In this document: positions 1 through 9,735 of the stretch, in pieces
Layout: every line of letters starts with the position of its first letter
Numbering within the stretch: the first letter of the stretch is position 1
Position numbers and translations under genes: made by a program
Notes under the pieces: generated by a model
What the model was told of the DNA's origin: nothing
The model's input: the letters and a program-made list of their open reading frames with translations, nothing else
Database searches by the model: none
Virus record (IMG/VR): IMGVR_UViG_3300033067_001659
Location: 1 to 39,230 of that record
DNA from: a virus
Taxonomy: Duplodnaviria; Caudoviricetes
Length of the DNA: 39,230 nt
Reading direction: 5' to 3' (one strand)

Positions 1-83
1 ATTAATAGACGTTTTAAACCTATTACAGGATGAGAATGTAATTCTATTTCTCCTAATTCTATAAATCTTTCTAATTGTGTCAT
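1..83 (-). CDS. Partial hypothetical protein (N-terminus MTQLERFIELGEIELHSHPVIGLKRLL, runs off the window)
   Basis: ATG at 83-81 just after the stop of the 85..1293 gene; frame open to the window edge. Confidence 0.6.
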   Translation of the reverse strand, partial: MTQLERFIELGEIELHSHPVIGLKRLL

Positions 84-84
84 T

Positions 85-1293
85 TTATGTTAAAGTAAAT
101 GTTTTAGTAACTCCTGAAATTCTCATTTTTAAATCTGTTCCATCAAACCAAATATCACCATCATTAGGTGTTGTAGGTGCTACACCACTTCTAAATCTTA
201 AAGAAGCATTACTTGTTGTTGAAGCTCCTATATCACAAAAAGATGTTGGTACAGTAGTACCACCTAAGAATGTTTTTTGAAGTACGTTAAAATTTCTAGT
301 TGAATTATTAACTGTAATACATAAATTATTAAAAGCAGAATCCCAAACATGAAAGCAATTAGTAGCATTAGCACCAGCACCTCCACGAGTAGAAGCGTTA
401 TTTGTAAATATAATATGTGTACTATCTCCAGTGCAATTTAAAGTAAGCACGCTTGATGGTGCTGCTATATTATAAAAACCAGGAACACCAGTTGCAGTAT
501 AATTAGTACCATTAAATTGTAAAACACTATTAGTTGTTAAACGACCGTTTGTGGTAGTGTAAGGTATTCTACTAGATGTTAAAGCACTATCATTTAAAGT
601 AATTTCTTTTCTGGAAATACCTGTATTAATAGTAAAATATAATTTATCACTTAAATTTTCAACAGCTCCAGAAACAGGAGTTGTTAATAATGCTGATGAA
701 TTCTGTAATGTTAAAGAAGCTAATGTTGTTGTACCACCACTGATATTAACACTAGGACTATATAATACATTAGAAGTATATTTAAAATTAGCATCTGTAT
801 TAACAGTATTTAAAGTTCCTGTACCAAAAGGTATTACACCTGTTGTAGTTGATACATTTCCTTTAATACTACCTAAATCTTCTAATTCTAATATATTATC
901 AACTGTTAAATTTGAATAGTCAACACCTTTAATTTTTAATATATATATTAAAGCAACTGGATAACTACTTGGAGTGCCAGTGAGAATATAATTCCCCAAC
1001 GCATTAAAACTGGTGACATCCACTGTAGTTCCACCACTTGTTTGTGGAAGAAATCCTGTAGGCTGTCCATTCGAGATTGTACTGACGTATGCATCAATTC
1101 CACCTTTGAATTGGTCAATAAGGATTGTGGCTCCTGTCGGTGTGGTAATTGTTCCACTTGTTGAGCTAATCGTTGTAAAATATGCGACTTTGTATTCATT
1201 GTTCTCTAAAATAGTTAAGCGTGAATTTAATGTAGGGTCAACACCAGAGTTATTTACAAAAATTCTTTTTGTATTTTTTATTAGTACACTCAT
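85..1293 (-). CDS. Putative virion fibre/spike-like structural protein
   Basis: 402 aa, very T/S/N/G-rich beta-type composition, C-terminal GVAPTTPNDGDIWFDG motif, in the structural module. Confidence 0.55.
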   Translation of the reverse strand: MSVLIKNTKRIFVNNSGVDPTLNSRLTILENNEYKVAYFTTISSTSGTITTPTGATILIDQFKGGIDAYVSTISNGQPTGFLPQTSGGTTVDVTSFNALGNYILTGTPSSYPVALIYILKIKGVDYSNLTVDNILELEDLGSIKGNVSTTTGVIPFGTGTLNTVNTDANFKYTSNVLYSPSVNISGGTTTLASLTLQNSSALLTTPVSGAVENLSDKLYFTINTGISRKEITLNDSALTSSRIPYTTTNGRLTTNSVLQFNGTNYTATGVPGFYNIAAPSSVLTLNCTGDSTHIIFTNNASTRGGAGANATNCFHVWDSAFNNLCITVNNSTRNFNVLQKTFLGGTTVPTSFCDIGASTTSNASLRFRSGVAPTTPNDGDIWFDGTDLKMRISGVTKTFTLT

Positions 1294-1309
1294 TACATTA
1301 AAAATTTAA

Positions 1310-1666
1310 TTATTTATAATATTGTATATGCAAGGTATGAGTACCTGATTGAGCTTGTATAGCTCTAAAATTTTTTAAATTTTGATAACCATGTGAATCG
1401 AAAGCATCTAAATTACTTCTACCAATACCATCAGTTGTTGAAACAGCATATGTTGCTGGACCTACTTCTAAATATCTAATTGCTATACCAATAGCAGTAG
1501 ATTCTAGTACTATTAGAGCATAATTAGCATCTGCTGGTACTGTTAAAGAAACACCACCTGCTGTATTATCAACTGTTAATTTTTGATAACCACAAGCTAT
1601 TAAGTTCTTTTTTGTTAATTTTACTAGTTCCTGTATGGCAAGTTTACCACTATCTGCGTATGTCAT
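1310..1666 (-). CDS. Hypothetical structural protein
   Basis: 118 aa ORF tightly packed in the late operon. Confidence 0.6.
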   Translation of the reverse strand: MTYADSGKLAIQELVKLTKKNLIACGYQKLTVDNTAGGVSLTVPADANYALIVLESTAIGIAIRYLEVGPATYAVSTTDGIGRSNLDAFDSHGYQNLKNFRAIQAQSGTHTLHIQYYK

Positions 1667-1684
1667 TTTATTAAGTTTTAATTA

Positions 1685-1966
1685 TTATTCACAATCACAT
1701 AATTTACATATGTTAATTGCTTTATCATATAAATTTTCAAAATCTGTTAAAGTTAAGCAATTAGTTGCTCCTTCAGTTAAATTATATTTTAGTAATAAAT
1801 TTATAATATCATTTAATATTGTAATATTATTAAATGAAGTTTTACATGATTTATCACCTAATGTTAGATTATCAACTAAAGAATCGGCTAAATTTGCTGA
1901 ACATATCTGTAACCTGTATATTTTGATTTTAAGCTCGTCTTGAGTCATTTGAATATGTATTACCAA
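1685..1966 (-). CDS. Small Cys-rich hypothetical (structural module)
   Basis: 93 aa, ends ICKLCDCE; operon-coupled. Confidence 0.6.
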   Translation of the reverse strand: MVIHIQMTQDELKIKIYRLQICSANLADSLVDNLTLGDKSCKTSFNNITILNDIINLLLKYNLTEGATNCLTLTDFENLYDKAINICKLCDCE

Positions 1967-2538
1967 GTACCACCTGAAACAGCAGGTAATGAGCCTAAAT
2001 AAGCTTTATAAGCTGTTGCTGTCATAAATGTATAACCATTATTACCACTATTTCTAACTAATACATCATAAGCACTAGTTGCTGTAGCAGCAATACCATT
2101 ACCATCTCTGGTTTCATAAATAAAACCATTTACACCTTTAATACCACCAGGACTAATTTTAGAACCTGGTATAAAAGTTGTAGAATTACCAGTATATAGT
2201 AAATCTAATACCTGTACATCTAAAGGAGAAGATATTACTACAACTTGAAAGTAACCTGAATTTTCTATATATAATACTTGACCTACACCCATCCAAGAAG
2301 TATCAACTACATTCCATAAGTAAAGATTACTACCTAAAGAAGTTGAACCATTAAATGTTGTATAAGCATTTGAACCAGCAGGACCAGCAGAGCCTGTTGC
2401 TCCAGTAGCTCCAGTAGCCCCTGTTGAACCTGTAGCCCCAGTTGGACCAGTTGGTCCTGTCGCACCAGTATCACCTTTTGGACCTTGTGGACCAGAAGCA
2501 ATAGATATGCTATTTATATTATCATCACAATTACACAT
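1960..2538 (-). CDS. Collagen-like (Gly-X-Y) fibre protein
   Basis: 14 consecutive G-X-Y triplets GPQGPKGDTGAT...GPAGSN after an N-terminal MCNC. Confidence 0.8.
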   Translation of the reverse strand: MCNCDDNINSISIASGPQGPKGDTGATGPTGPTGATGSTGATGATGATGSAGPAGSNAYTTFNGSTSLGSNLYLWNVVDTSWMGVGQVLYIENSGYFQVVVISSPLDVQVLDLLYTGNSTTFIPGSKISPGGIKGVNGFIYETRDGNGIAATATSAYDVLVRNSGNNGYTFMTATAYKAYLGSLPAVSGGTW

Positions 2539-3125
2539 TAATTACAAGTTTTACAGTTAGTATTTTTACAAATTTTACTAATAAGAGATTTAATATTATC
2601 AAATGCTGATGTATTAAAACATCTACCAGCATTTTTTAAAGATTCTAATAATATTCTAGCCTTATTATAATTTTTTATTTTATCATTATTTATTTTATCA
2701 GAACATGAAGCTTCTATATCAATAGAAGTTAATAATTTACTAACACAACATTCGGAATTACAGTAAAAATAATATGATGTTGTAGTACTATAAACAGTAT
2801 CGGTATCATCATCTAGTACTGTATAAATAAATTGCCAATAACCATCTTCAATAGAAGTTTTATCAATATCTTCTAAATTAATAGTATAGGTAAAATCTGT
2901 GTTAGTAGTTGGAAAATCACCAGTAATATACATATCTATGGTATAGCTGTTATCACTAGGGTCAATTACAGTTAAGGTGGCTTGAACAATATCTATAATA
3001 TCGCTATTAGGTGCACCATAACCACCTGTATTTGTTGTAGCATTATAAGCACCTGTTAATTCGCTGAATGTTAACGTTGAACAATCAGATGCTAAACACA
3101 TTTTTATTTTAGGTATTAATGCCAT
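2538..3125 (-). CDS. Conserved virion protein (possible fibre-docking/hub protein)
   Basis: 195 aa, beta-rich N-part with DGYW motif, Cys-rich helical C-terminus; position in crAss-like structural block. Confidence 0.5.
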   Translation of the reverse strand: MALIPKIKMCLASDCSTLTFSELTGAYNATTNTGGYGAPNSDIIDIVQATLTVIDPSDNSYTIDMYITGDFPTTNTDFTYTINLEDIDKTSIEDGYWQFIYTVLDDDTDTVYSTTTSYYFYCNSECCVSKLLTSIDIEASCSDKINNDKIKNYNKARILLESLKNAGRCFNTSAFDNIKSLISKICKNTNCKTCN

Positions 3126-3145
3126 TTTTAAGTTGATTTAAAAAA

Positions 3146-3185
3146 TCCCCAGTTAAAATATACGAATATACTTTAACCAGGGATA
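3146..3185 (-). terminator. Imperfect hairpin downstream of the 3205..4473 gene
   Basis: atcccc-agttaaa ... tttaacc-agggat inverted repeat followed on the minus strand by a T run. Confidence 0.4.
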
Positions 3186-3204
3186 TAACAAAAGGATAAA
3201 AGTA

Positions 3205-4473
3205 TTAAATTGAAATATTTGCAAAAGCTCTTGGTGTACTAGCCATCCAAGTATTTAATACAGCTTGCAAATCTGTTCCTGCGCTAGATAAAGTTGTATA
3301 AGCTCCACCAGCATCAATAGATGGTACTGCAATTACAATTGATTTATTAGCTACAGCAACAACTCCTGTAGGAGTAGTAATAGCATCGTTAAATTCGATA
3401 GTTACTAAGTCATATTTAAATCTTACTTTAGCAGCAGCAGCAGATAAACCAGCAGTTAATACTGAGGTTAATACAGCAACTGTAGTACTAATGAAATATT
3501 TAATTTCGTAGTTAACACCACCTAATTCAACTTTTTCACCAGCTCTAAGCATGGCAGCTACAGTAGCACTAAAAGTTACTTTATCTTCACTTATAGTACC
3601 AGTAACAGTTGGAACAATTGCAGAACTTAGAATATAACTAGATGAACTAGAATAATCTAATACTGGAATTGGCCATAATCTACGATTTAAAACTCCTTCA
3701 TAACCTAAAGCTTTATTCTCAGCAACATAAACTTGGTCATAAGTACCTGAACCATAAGTCATAGCTTGAATTTGTGTACAAGTTGTAGTAGTACCAAAAC
3801 CACTAGAATCATCTACATGAGCTGAAAAATATACTTTATTAGGAGTATAAGTAGTAGCAAAATATTGGTCAATGTCTTTAGATGTAATTTCTACACCATA
3901 ATTAGAAGCACTAGTTAAACCATATACTCCAGTACCATCACCAACAACAATAGCTGTTACAATAGCTTTATAAGAACTAGCATTAATTATGCCAGCTATT
4001 TGAGTAGCAATACTCAATTGAGTTGCACTAGTAGATGATTGGAAATGTGGATTTAACACTTCAGGACGTTCTGAATATAAAGTTTTATCGTTTTTAAAAC
4101 GAAGAGTAAAGTGATAATCAGAATCGTTATTCACTTCAATAGTTCCAGTAGCAGTTTTACGATTATAACCAATAGCCCATACTTCTCTTTGAGAAGGTTT
4201 GTAAGACTCAGCGTTATAATTTAAAACTGAAGTACCATCAATTTTACTTGATTTTTTAAGATAGGTTACTCCTGAACTATCAGTTTTAGATTCAACAATA
4301 AAAATTGCTGGTTGAGTGCTAATAGTATCAGCACCTGAAGGGTCTAAAGCTGTCCAATCGGAACCAAATACACCAATCTTACCTGATGTTACTGCACTAG
4401 TTGCTGCGTTATTAGCGGGTAGTGCAGTCCCGTCACTAATAAAAATGTTTTGTACTCTGTGTAAATTATTCAT
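3205..4473 (-). CDS. Abundant structural protein (crAss-like auxiliary capsid/tail-associated protein candidate)
   Basis: 422 aa, highly expressed-type codon usage, four genes downstream of the MCP, followed by a hairpin. Confidence 0.55.
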   Translation of the reverse strand: MNNLHRVQNIFISDGTALPANNAATSAVTSGKIGVFGSDWTALDPSGADTISTQPAIFIVESKTDSSGVTYLKKSSKIDGTSVLNYNAESYKPSQREVWAIGYNRKTATGTIEVNNDSDYHFTLRFKNDKTLYSERPEVLNPHFQSSTSATQLSIATQIAGIINASSYKAIVTAIVVGDGTGVYGLTSASNYGVEITSKDIDQYFATTYTPNKVYFSAHVDDSSGFGTTTTCTQIQAMTYGSGTYDQVYVAENKALGYEGVLNRRLWPIPVLDYSSSSSYILSSAIVPTVTGTISEDKVTFSATVAAMLRAGEKVELGGVNYEIKYFISTTVAVLTSVLTAGLSAAAAKVRFKYDLVTIEFNDAITTPTGVVAVANKSIVIAVPSIDAGGAYTTLSSAGTDLQAVLNTWMASTPRAFANISI

Positions 4474-4518
4474 TTTATTTTTAAGTTTATAATTTCTATT
4501 TTATTTATTTATTTTTAA

Positions 4519-4980
4519 TTAAGATAATACTGTAAAAGATATTTTTAAAGTACCTGATAAAGCATTTGTTGCATGTGCATTAAGCAAATTTACAACAAAA
4601 CTACCTGAACCAGGGGTTACGTTTAACAATAATGGAAGACCATTAGTTGAAAGCGTTCCTGAATAACCTGTAATAGTTGCTACAATTGCTGTAGCAGAAG
4701 ATGTAACATAACTATTAGTTACTGTAAAACTAGTTGATGAACCACCAGCTAAAGTTGAACTAACAGTAGTAATTACACCACTAGGTTTATTTAATGTTAC
4801 ACCAGTAGTAATTGATGTTGCTTGAGTAACTGCTCCAGTACTTGGAGTTAGTTTACCTTCAAGATTTGTTATTGCGTTTAATCTTGTTATAATTTCATCT
4901 ACTTTAGATGATTTAACCTTTGTATTAGGTATTTGTGTACCTAAAAAAGGTTTAGGACTTGTTTTTGATATTCCTGCCAT
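4519..4980 (-). CDS. Small structural protein (head fibre/decoration-like)
   Basis: 153 aa; VTQATSITTGVTLNKPSGVIT...FTVTNS beta-rich domain seen in phage structural modules. Confidence 0.5.
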   Translation of the reverse strand: MAGISKTSPKPFLGTQIPNTKVKSSKVDEIITRLNAITNLEGKLTPSTGAVTQATSITTGVTLNKPSGVITTVSSTLAGGSSTSFTVTNSYVTSSATAIVATITGYSGTLSTNGLPLLLNVTPGSGSFVVNLLNAHATNALSGTLKISFTVLS

Positions 4981-4997
4981 TTATTTAATATTTTAAT

Positions 4998-5729
4998 TTA
5001 TTCATTAGTATTTATAATTTTATTATAAGATTGTAGTCTTTTAGCCTCAATATTTTCAAGAGCTATATCAACCATCATATCAACTATTTCATCATGTGTA
5101 TGTTCAGATAATTCAAAAGTTTGATTACTTGCTAAACTAAAATCTAATGGTTTTCTGATATATCTTAAATTATAATATGGTAAAGTACAATTATTAGGAA
5201 GAAGTAATTCTGCATAATTTTTATACATTAACCTTAATATTTTAGTATTATCAGGACCTTTAAAAGGGTCTGAATAAGTTACATCAAAATCAACATGTTG
5301 TAATGGTTTAACTAGTACACTAATACCTTGTATTACTTCTGTAGTAGGATTTTCTCCTAAAGGATTAGTAACAACAGTTATATTTTCATTACAAGAAGGA
5401 CAATTAATTATTGCTCTTTCATGAATAGTGAACCAATGATTATTTGGTAGTTGAACAAATACAGAGTTGTAATCTATATTTTCATTATTCTTAACTAAGT
5501 TTGATAAGACAACATTTTCAAGTATAGCTTTTAAATCTTCAGTTCTTTTTTGAGTTTCTTCAAAAGAAGTTCTTTTAGTATTAGTTATACCATACCTTTG
5601 TTTAATATATCTTACTTGAGCCTGAGTAGCTAATAAATCTATTTCTTCAGGTTCAATATTAGGATAATTTAAAGCATCTGCTTTATCTAACCTAAATTTA
5701 AAATTTATATGTACATCTGAAGCTGTCAA
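4998..5729 (-). CDS. crAss-like head-tail ring/adaptor protein candidate
   Basis: 243 aa; EIDLL..QAQ, FEETQKRTEDL, Y.LRYIRKP, ELSEHTHDEIV motifs resembling crAss-like ring proteins downstream of the MCP. Confidence 0.65.
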   Translation of the reverse strand: MTASDVHINFKFRLDKADALNYPNIEPEEIDLLATQAQVRYIKQRYGITNTKRTSFEETQKRTEDLKAILENVVLSNLVKNNENIDYNSVFVQLPNNHWFTIHERAIINCPSCNENITVVTNPLGENPTTEVIQGISVLVKPLQHVDFDVTYSDPFKGPDNTKILRLMYKNYAELLLPNNCTLPYYNLRYIRKPLDFSLASNQTFELSEHTHDEIVDMMVDIALENIEAKRLQSYNKIINTNE

Positions 5730-6532
5730 AGTTTATTATTTTTTAGTTTTTTAAGTTTAGATTCAAGAGTCAATCTTTCTGTTTGATTTTTAATATCATT
5801 AAAATATTCAACACATTCATTAATACTTGAAGCTATTGTATCATCACCATATTTAATAGAATTTGCTTTACGTGTTAAAAGTTTACGCTCTAACAATTCA
5901 TATATAAATATTTTAGTTCTAAGTTCTTTATCTGTAATAACATTAAAAAAGTTTTTAGGGTCTTTTTTCATTTCTTGCATTAACTGTAATTGAGCAGAAT
6001 CAGCACTCATTAAATCTGTACCATTCTTACCAAACAATCTTAAAGAACCTTTTACTTCTTCTGGAGTTAATCCTAAGATTAATTTCATTCCTTCAAGTTC
6101 AAAATTTAGAGTTTGTAATTCTACTTTAGCTCTAGCTTCTTCATCATGAATATAAAAAGTTACTCCTGGTTTGTTTTTTTCAATTTCTGAATTAGCAACA
6201 TCTGAATGTGCTAACAAGATTTTGTATTTAATCTGATTGATTGGATTATCCAAAACAATCTCTGTTGTTTTATTATTAAATAGTCTTATTGAGTTTTCGT
6301 CATTAAACTTTTCCCAAAAAGCTTTACTATTTTTATTTAATTCTTGTGGTTTAAGATTTAATTCGTTTTCATAAAATCTTTCTTCTTCAGGAGTTAAACC
6401 TGTATTATAACCACCTTTTGAATTAATTTGACAGCTTAAAACTGTTACTGATTTAGGATATGCTGAAATACCAAAATAACCTGGTTTTGCACACCTTTTA
6501 ATTTTTACCACTTCTGGCCCATTAAATTCCAT
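5726..6532 (-). CDS. Conserved crAss-like protein downstream of major capsid gene
   Basis: 268 aa; TGLTPEEERFYE motif; ATGA overlap with next gene. Confidence 0.6.
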   Translation of the reverse strand: MEFNGPEVVKIKRCAKPGYFGISAYPKSVTVLSCQINSKGGYNTGLTPEEERFYENELNLKPQELNKNSKAFWEKFNDENSIRLFNNKTTEIVLDNPINQIKYKILLAHSDVANSEIEKNKPGVTFYIHDEEARAKVELQTLNFELEGMKLILGLTPEEVKGSLRLFGKNGTDLMSADSAQLQLMQEMKKDPKNFFNVITDKELRTKIFIYELLERKLLTRKANSIKYGDDTIASSINECVEYFNDIKNQTERLTLESKLKKLKNNKL

Positions 6533-6570
6533 ACTTTTATTTTTTGTTTACTTTTATTTTTTGTTTATTT

Positions 6571-6608
6571 AATCTACACAAGGTTAAATTAATAACCCTG
6601 TGTAGATT
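6571..6608 (-). terminator. Intrinsic terminator/stabilising hairpin after MCP
   Basis: aatctacaca-aggtta ... taaccc-tgtgtagatt inverted repeat about 15 nt after the MCP stop. Confidence 0.65.
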
Positions 6609-6623
6609 TCTATTTAATTAATG

Positions 6624-8084
6624 TTAAGCGAGGTTTTCAATATCAAGTACAAATTGTCCTGCATCTGTAGGGTCTTTTAACATGATACCACATTCAGCCA
6701 TTGCGTGGAATTCATATCCATCAACAGGAGAAGCTGAAGTACCATTTTTCTTCATACCAAATGGAGAACACAATCCTTCAATATAAGTAGTTGACATCTC
6801 ACGACCATTGTGATAAACTTTCATAACGTTAGATTCACCATTAGAATTCATCTTAAAGTTAAGGAAAGTAGCTTTATAAGATTCTGCTGGTTTACCAGTT
6901 TGTGGATGCAATTGTCTATTACGAACAACTGAGTTATACAAAGGACATTCTTTTAATGTAATTCTATCACCATTCAAACCAACATAAGTTTTAAATTGAC
7001 CACCTAGAGCAAGTTCTTGACCTGAACCAGTGATAAATTTAGTATCAATTAAGTTGTAGTTTGAAGCTGAACGTTTCATAGCTTGGTCAAACAAGTTCAT
7101 AAATTGACGACCACAAAGAGCTACATACTCTCTAGGACCATCTTCAGTACCATTGTAAGACAAATCATCTATGAAATCACGAATTGTTTGTTCACTAAGA
7201 GTAGTGTATTTACGTTTGTTTGCTGGAGCAATTTGTTCTTCTAAACCTGCACCACTATAAATTGGATTACCAGAAACACCTTTCATAGAAGTAGTACCAT
7301 TTTTTGCAACGTTACCCTTACCATAAATATAAGCAATTTCCATTTCATCCATCCATTGTGCCCAAAATTCCCACTCAGCATATTTTACCCAAGTATAAGA
7401 AATTTCTTTACCTTCAGGACCTAAGATACCAATTTTAAGAACTTTAGCTTGAGCAGCACCAGATACACTATACATTTTACGGAAAGTAGTCATGTAATTC
7501 TCCATCATAAACGGAGTAGCATAATTAGTGTCTCCACTAGTACGTGAATGGTCGTGTTCTACAATGTTGTAGTCTTTAGACAATTCTTTACCAGTAGCTA
7601 ACAATGATTGAGGTACATACAAAGTTGGGTCTTTTGTAACCAACTGTAATACATAAACATAATCATTACCATCTAAATAAGGTTCATCCATTACACGTAA
7701 AGAATACTGATTATCATCAGGTACTAATACGTCACCAAGAGCAAACCATTTTTCAGCTAAACCTACTCTAAAAGTAGTATTTTGAATTCCTGGAGTAGAA
7801 CCACCATCATTATAAGTTGATTGTGCTACTGAAATAGGTACAGCTTTTTGGCTATCACCCATTAAAGGCCAGCGATAAACAATGTTATCCAATCCTTTAC
7901 TTCTACCTGTACCACCTGTTAAAAATGAAAGTGCGTTTTTATAACCATTCATTTTGTTATATACACGTACAATCACTTCCGAAGCCATTGCTGGTTCAGT
8001 TAGAAAGAAGTTTGATAAGTGTGTTGCTTGGGTAAGACCTGTATGCCAATTCCCTTGACTTATCTGTAAATCATTTAATTGCAT
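6624..8084 (-). CDS. Major capsid protein (crAss-like, HK97 fold)
   Basis: 486 aa, strongly biased codons, SGAGLEEQI and SASPVDGYEFH motifs, canonical terminase-portal-scaffold-MCP order. Confidence 0.9.
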   Translation of the reverse strand: MQLNDLQISQGNWHTGLTQATHLSNFFLTEPAMASEVIVRVYNKMNGYKNALSFLTGGTGRSKGLDNIVYRWPLMGDSQKAVPISVAQSTYNDGGSTPGIQNTTFRVGLAEKWFALGDVLVPDDNQYSLRVMDEPYLDGNDYVYVLQLVTKDPTLYVPQSLLATGKELSKDYNIVEHDHSRTSGDTNYATPFMMENYMTTFRKMYSVSGAAQAKVLKIGILGPEGKEISYTWVKYAEWEFWAQWMDEMEIAYIYGKGNVAKNGTTSMKGVSGNPIYSGAGLEEQIAPANKRKYTTLSEQTIRDFIDDLSYNGTEDGPREYVALCGRQFMNLFDQAMKRSASNYNLIDTKFITGSGQELALGGQFKTYVGLNGDRITLKECPLYNSVVRNRQLHPQTGKPAESYKATFLNFKMNSNGESNVMKVYHNGREMSTTYIEGLCSPFGMKKNGTSASPVDGYEFHAMAECGIMLKDPTDAGQFVLDIENLA

Positions 8085-8116
8085 TTGTTAAGTTTTTATT
8101 TTTTAAGTTAATAATT

Positions 8117-9223
8117 TTATATTAGTTTTTTGAATCCTGCAAATGGATTATCTCCACTGAAGTCTTCTGATTGACCAGAAGATATTTTTTCCTTAGTTGT
8201 CTTTTGATGATTTCTAAGTAAATCTCCTAGTTTTCTACTAGCTTTTGTTTCTGCTTGCTTCTCTAATTTTGACATATCAAAACCCATAGAAGATTGTAAA
8301 GCAAATAATAAACTAGCATCTTTATCTTTTTCTAAAGCTTCTTGATAAGCTGTTTTACCAGTTTTCTTATCAACTACTGTTAGATGGTCCCAAATCTTTT
8401 CCTTAATTTTAGGAGTTAATTTAAAACCTTTTATTTCTTCTTTAGAAAACAAGTCTTTTTTAAAATCTTCAAATTCTTGTTTTTCTTTTAATTTTTGTTG
8501 TTCAGCTTTAGTTTTTTGTGAAATAACTAATTCTTCTTTTTGCTGAGTTTCATACTTCTGTAATTTAGTAATAGCTGATTTAGCTCTTTTTTCTAAAGTA
8601 CCATTATCTTTCCATTCAGTAATAATATCAGTAATATCTTCTTCAGTTTCACCAGCCAATCTTAATGACTCAGCTACTGCTAATTCTTGTTTACTTTCAT
8701 TATCAGGATTAAAGTTTTCCCATGAATGATTACCATAATAAATATTTAAGAAGTCTTTAGGATTACCACCATTTTGTGTAAATTCTAAAAGCTTTTGAAA
8801 TTCATCAGGTAAAGCTTCTACCCATTTATTAATTCTATTTTGAGTAGTTTTAGTAACTAATTTTTCAAGACCTTCTTCTGATTCTTCAAATTCTTCATCT
8901 GTATCATCAAAATCAATAACTCCTTTTTCATGTAACTTTTTAGTAAACACTCTTAATACAGAAGTTTCATTTTCTTCAGTTTCTTCTAAATCTTCAGTTT
9001 CTTCTACTTCTTCACCTTTAAGTTTTTTTGCTATTTTTTCAGCTTGTGCAGCTAATGCTTTATCAGCAGCAATCATTCTTTCTTGTTCTTCAGCAGTTAA
9101 TTCTTTTTCTTCATCCTCAATTACAGTTTCATCTTTATCCTCAATGTCTGTAGGTGGAACAAATTCATTTTTAATTATTTTAAATCCTCCAAAAGGATTT
9201 ACTTCTTCTTTACTTTTACTCAT
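8117..9223 (-). CDS. Capsid scaffolding protein (putative)
   Basis: 368 aa, very E/K-rich coiled coil, immediately upstream of MCP; NPF(G/A)GFKK motif at both ends. Confidence 0.7.
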   Translation of the reverse strand: MSKSKEEVNPFGGFKIIKNEFVPPTDIEDKDETVIEDEEKELTAEEQERMIAADKALAAQAEKIAKKLKGEEVEETEDLEETEENETSVLRVFTKKLHEKGVIDFDDTDEEFEESEEGLEKLVTKTTQNRINKWVEALPDEFQKLLEFTQNGGNPKDFLNIYYGNHSWENFNPDNESKQELAVAESLRLAGETEEDITDIITEWKDNGTLEKRAKSAITKLQKYETQQKEELVISQKTKAEQQKLKEKQEFEDFKKDLFSKEEIKGFKLTPKIKEKIWDHLTVVDKKTGKTAYQEALEKDKDASLLFALQSSMGFDMSKLEKQAETKASRKLGDLLRNHQKTTKEKISSGQSEDFSGDNPFAGFKKLI

Positions 9224-9231
9224 GTTGTTAT

Positions 9232-9243
9232 ACTATTAATATA
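9232..9243 (-). promoter_or_regulatory. Candidate phage late promoter TATATTAATAGT
   Basis: Same or near-identical 12-mer upstream of genes at 17265-17276(-), 18101-18112(-) and 38136-38147(+). Confidence 0.55.
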
Positions 9244-9327
9244 ATGTTTATTTACGATTATGCAAATTTATTTATCTTGTTTTATGTTTAATGAATTATG
9301 CTCTTATAGCTAATAATTATAATCTGG

Positions 9328-9735
9328 TTATTTTAAAAACTTTAATTTATAGATGGTTTGATAACATAATTTACTAATTTCATCAAGTTCATTTTGAATC
9401 CATGTTTCTTTAAACATTGAATAAACTCTTCCACCATCTATTAATCTAGTTAATTCTAATATTGTTTCAACAGCATCTATATTACTATTAGAGCTTGATA
9501 TACTAATATTTAATAAGCCATATTTACCTTGATAAGATTCTGCTAAACCATCTATTAAATCTAATAATTCATCATAAAAATCATTCAATGCTTTATGTTC
9601 AGCATATGAACCTAATTGACCTGGATTAGTAGGTCGTAAATGACGCAAATGTATTGTATCTCTTAGTTGGAAAAGCTTACCAAAGAAATCAGCAGGACTA
9701 CTTGTTACTATTGGTTTGTTTATATCTAAAGCCAT
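9328..9735 (-). CDS. Dps/ferritin-like protein (DUF5856-type)
   Basis: HLRH...SYAEHKALNDFYDELLDLIDGLAESYQGKYG four-helix ferritin-like signature. Confidence 0.75.
   Translation of the reverse strand: MALDINKPIVTSSPADFFGKLFQLRDTIHLRHLRPTNPGQLGSYAEHKALNDFYDELLDLIDGLAESYQGKYGLLNISISSSNSNIDAVETILELTRLIDGGRVYSMFKETWIQNELDEISKLCYQTIYKLKFLK

Noticed and set aside
77-1943. Plus-strand ORFs 77..280, 1013..1309, 1635..1943 and nested minus ORF 948..1199
   Set aside because: Shadow frames of real minus-strand structural genes
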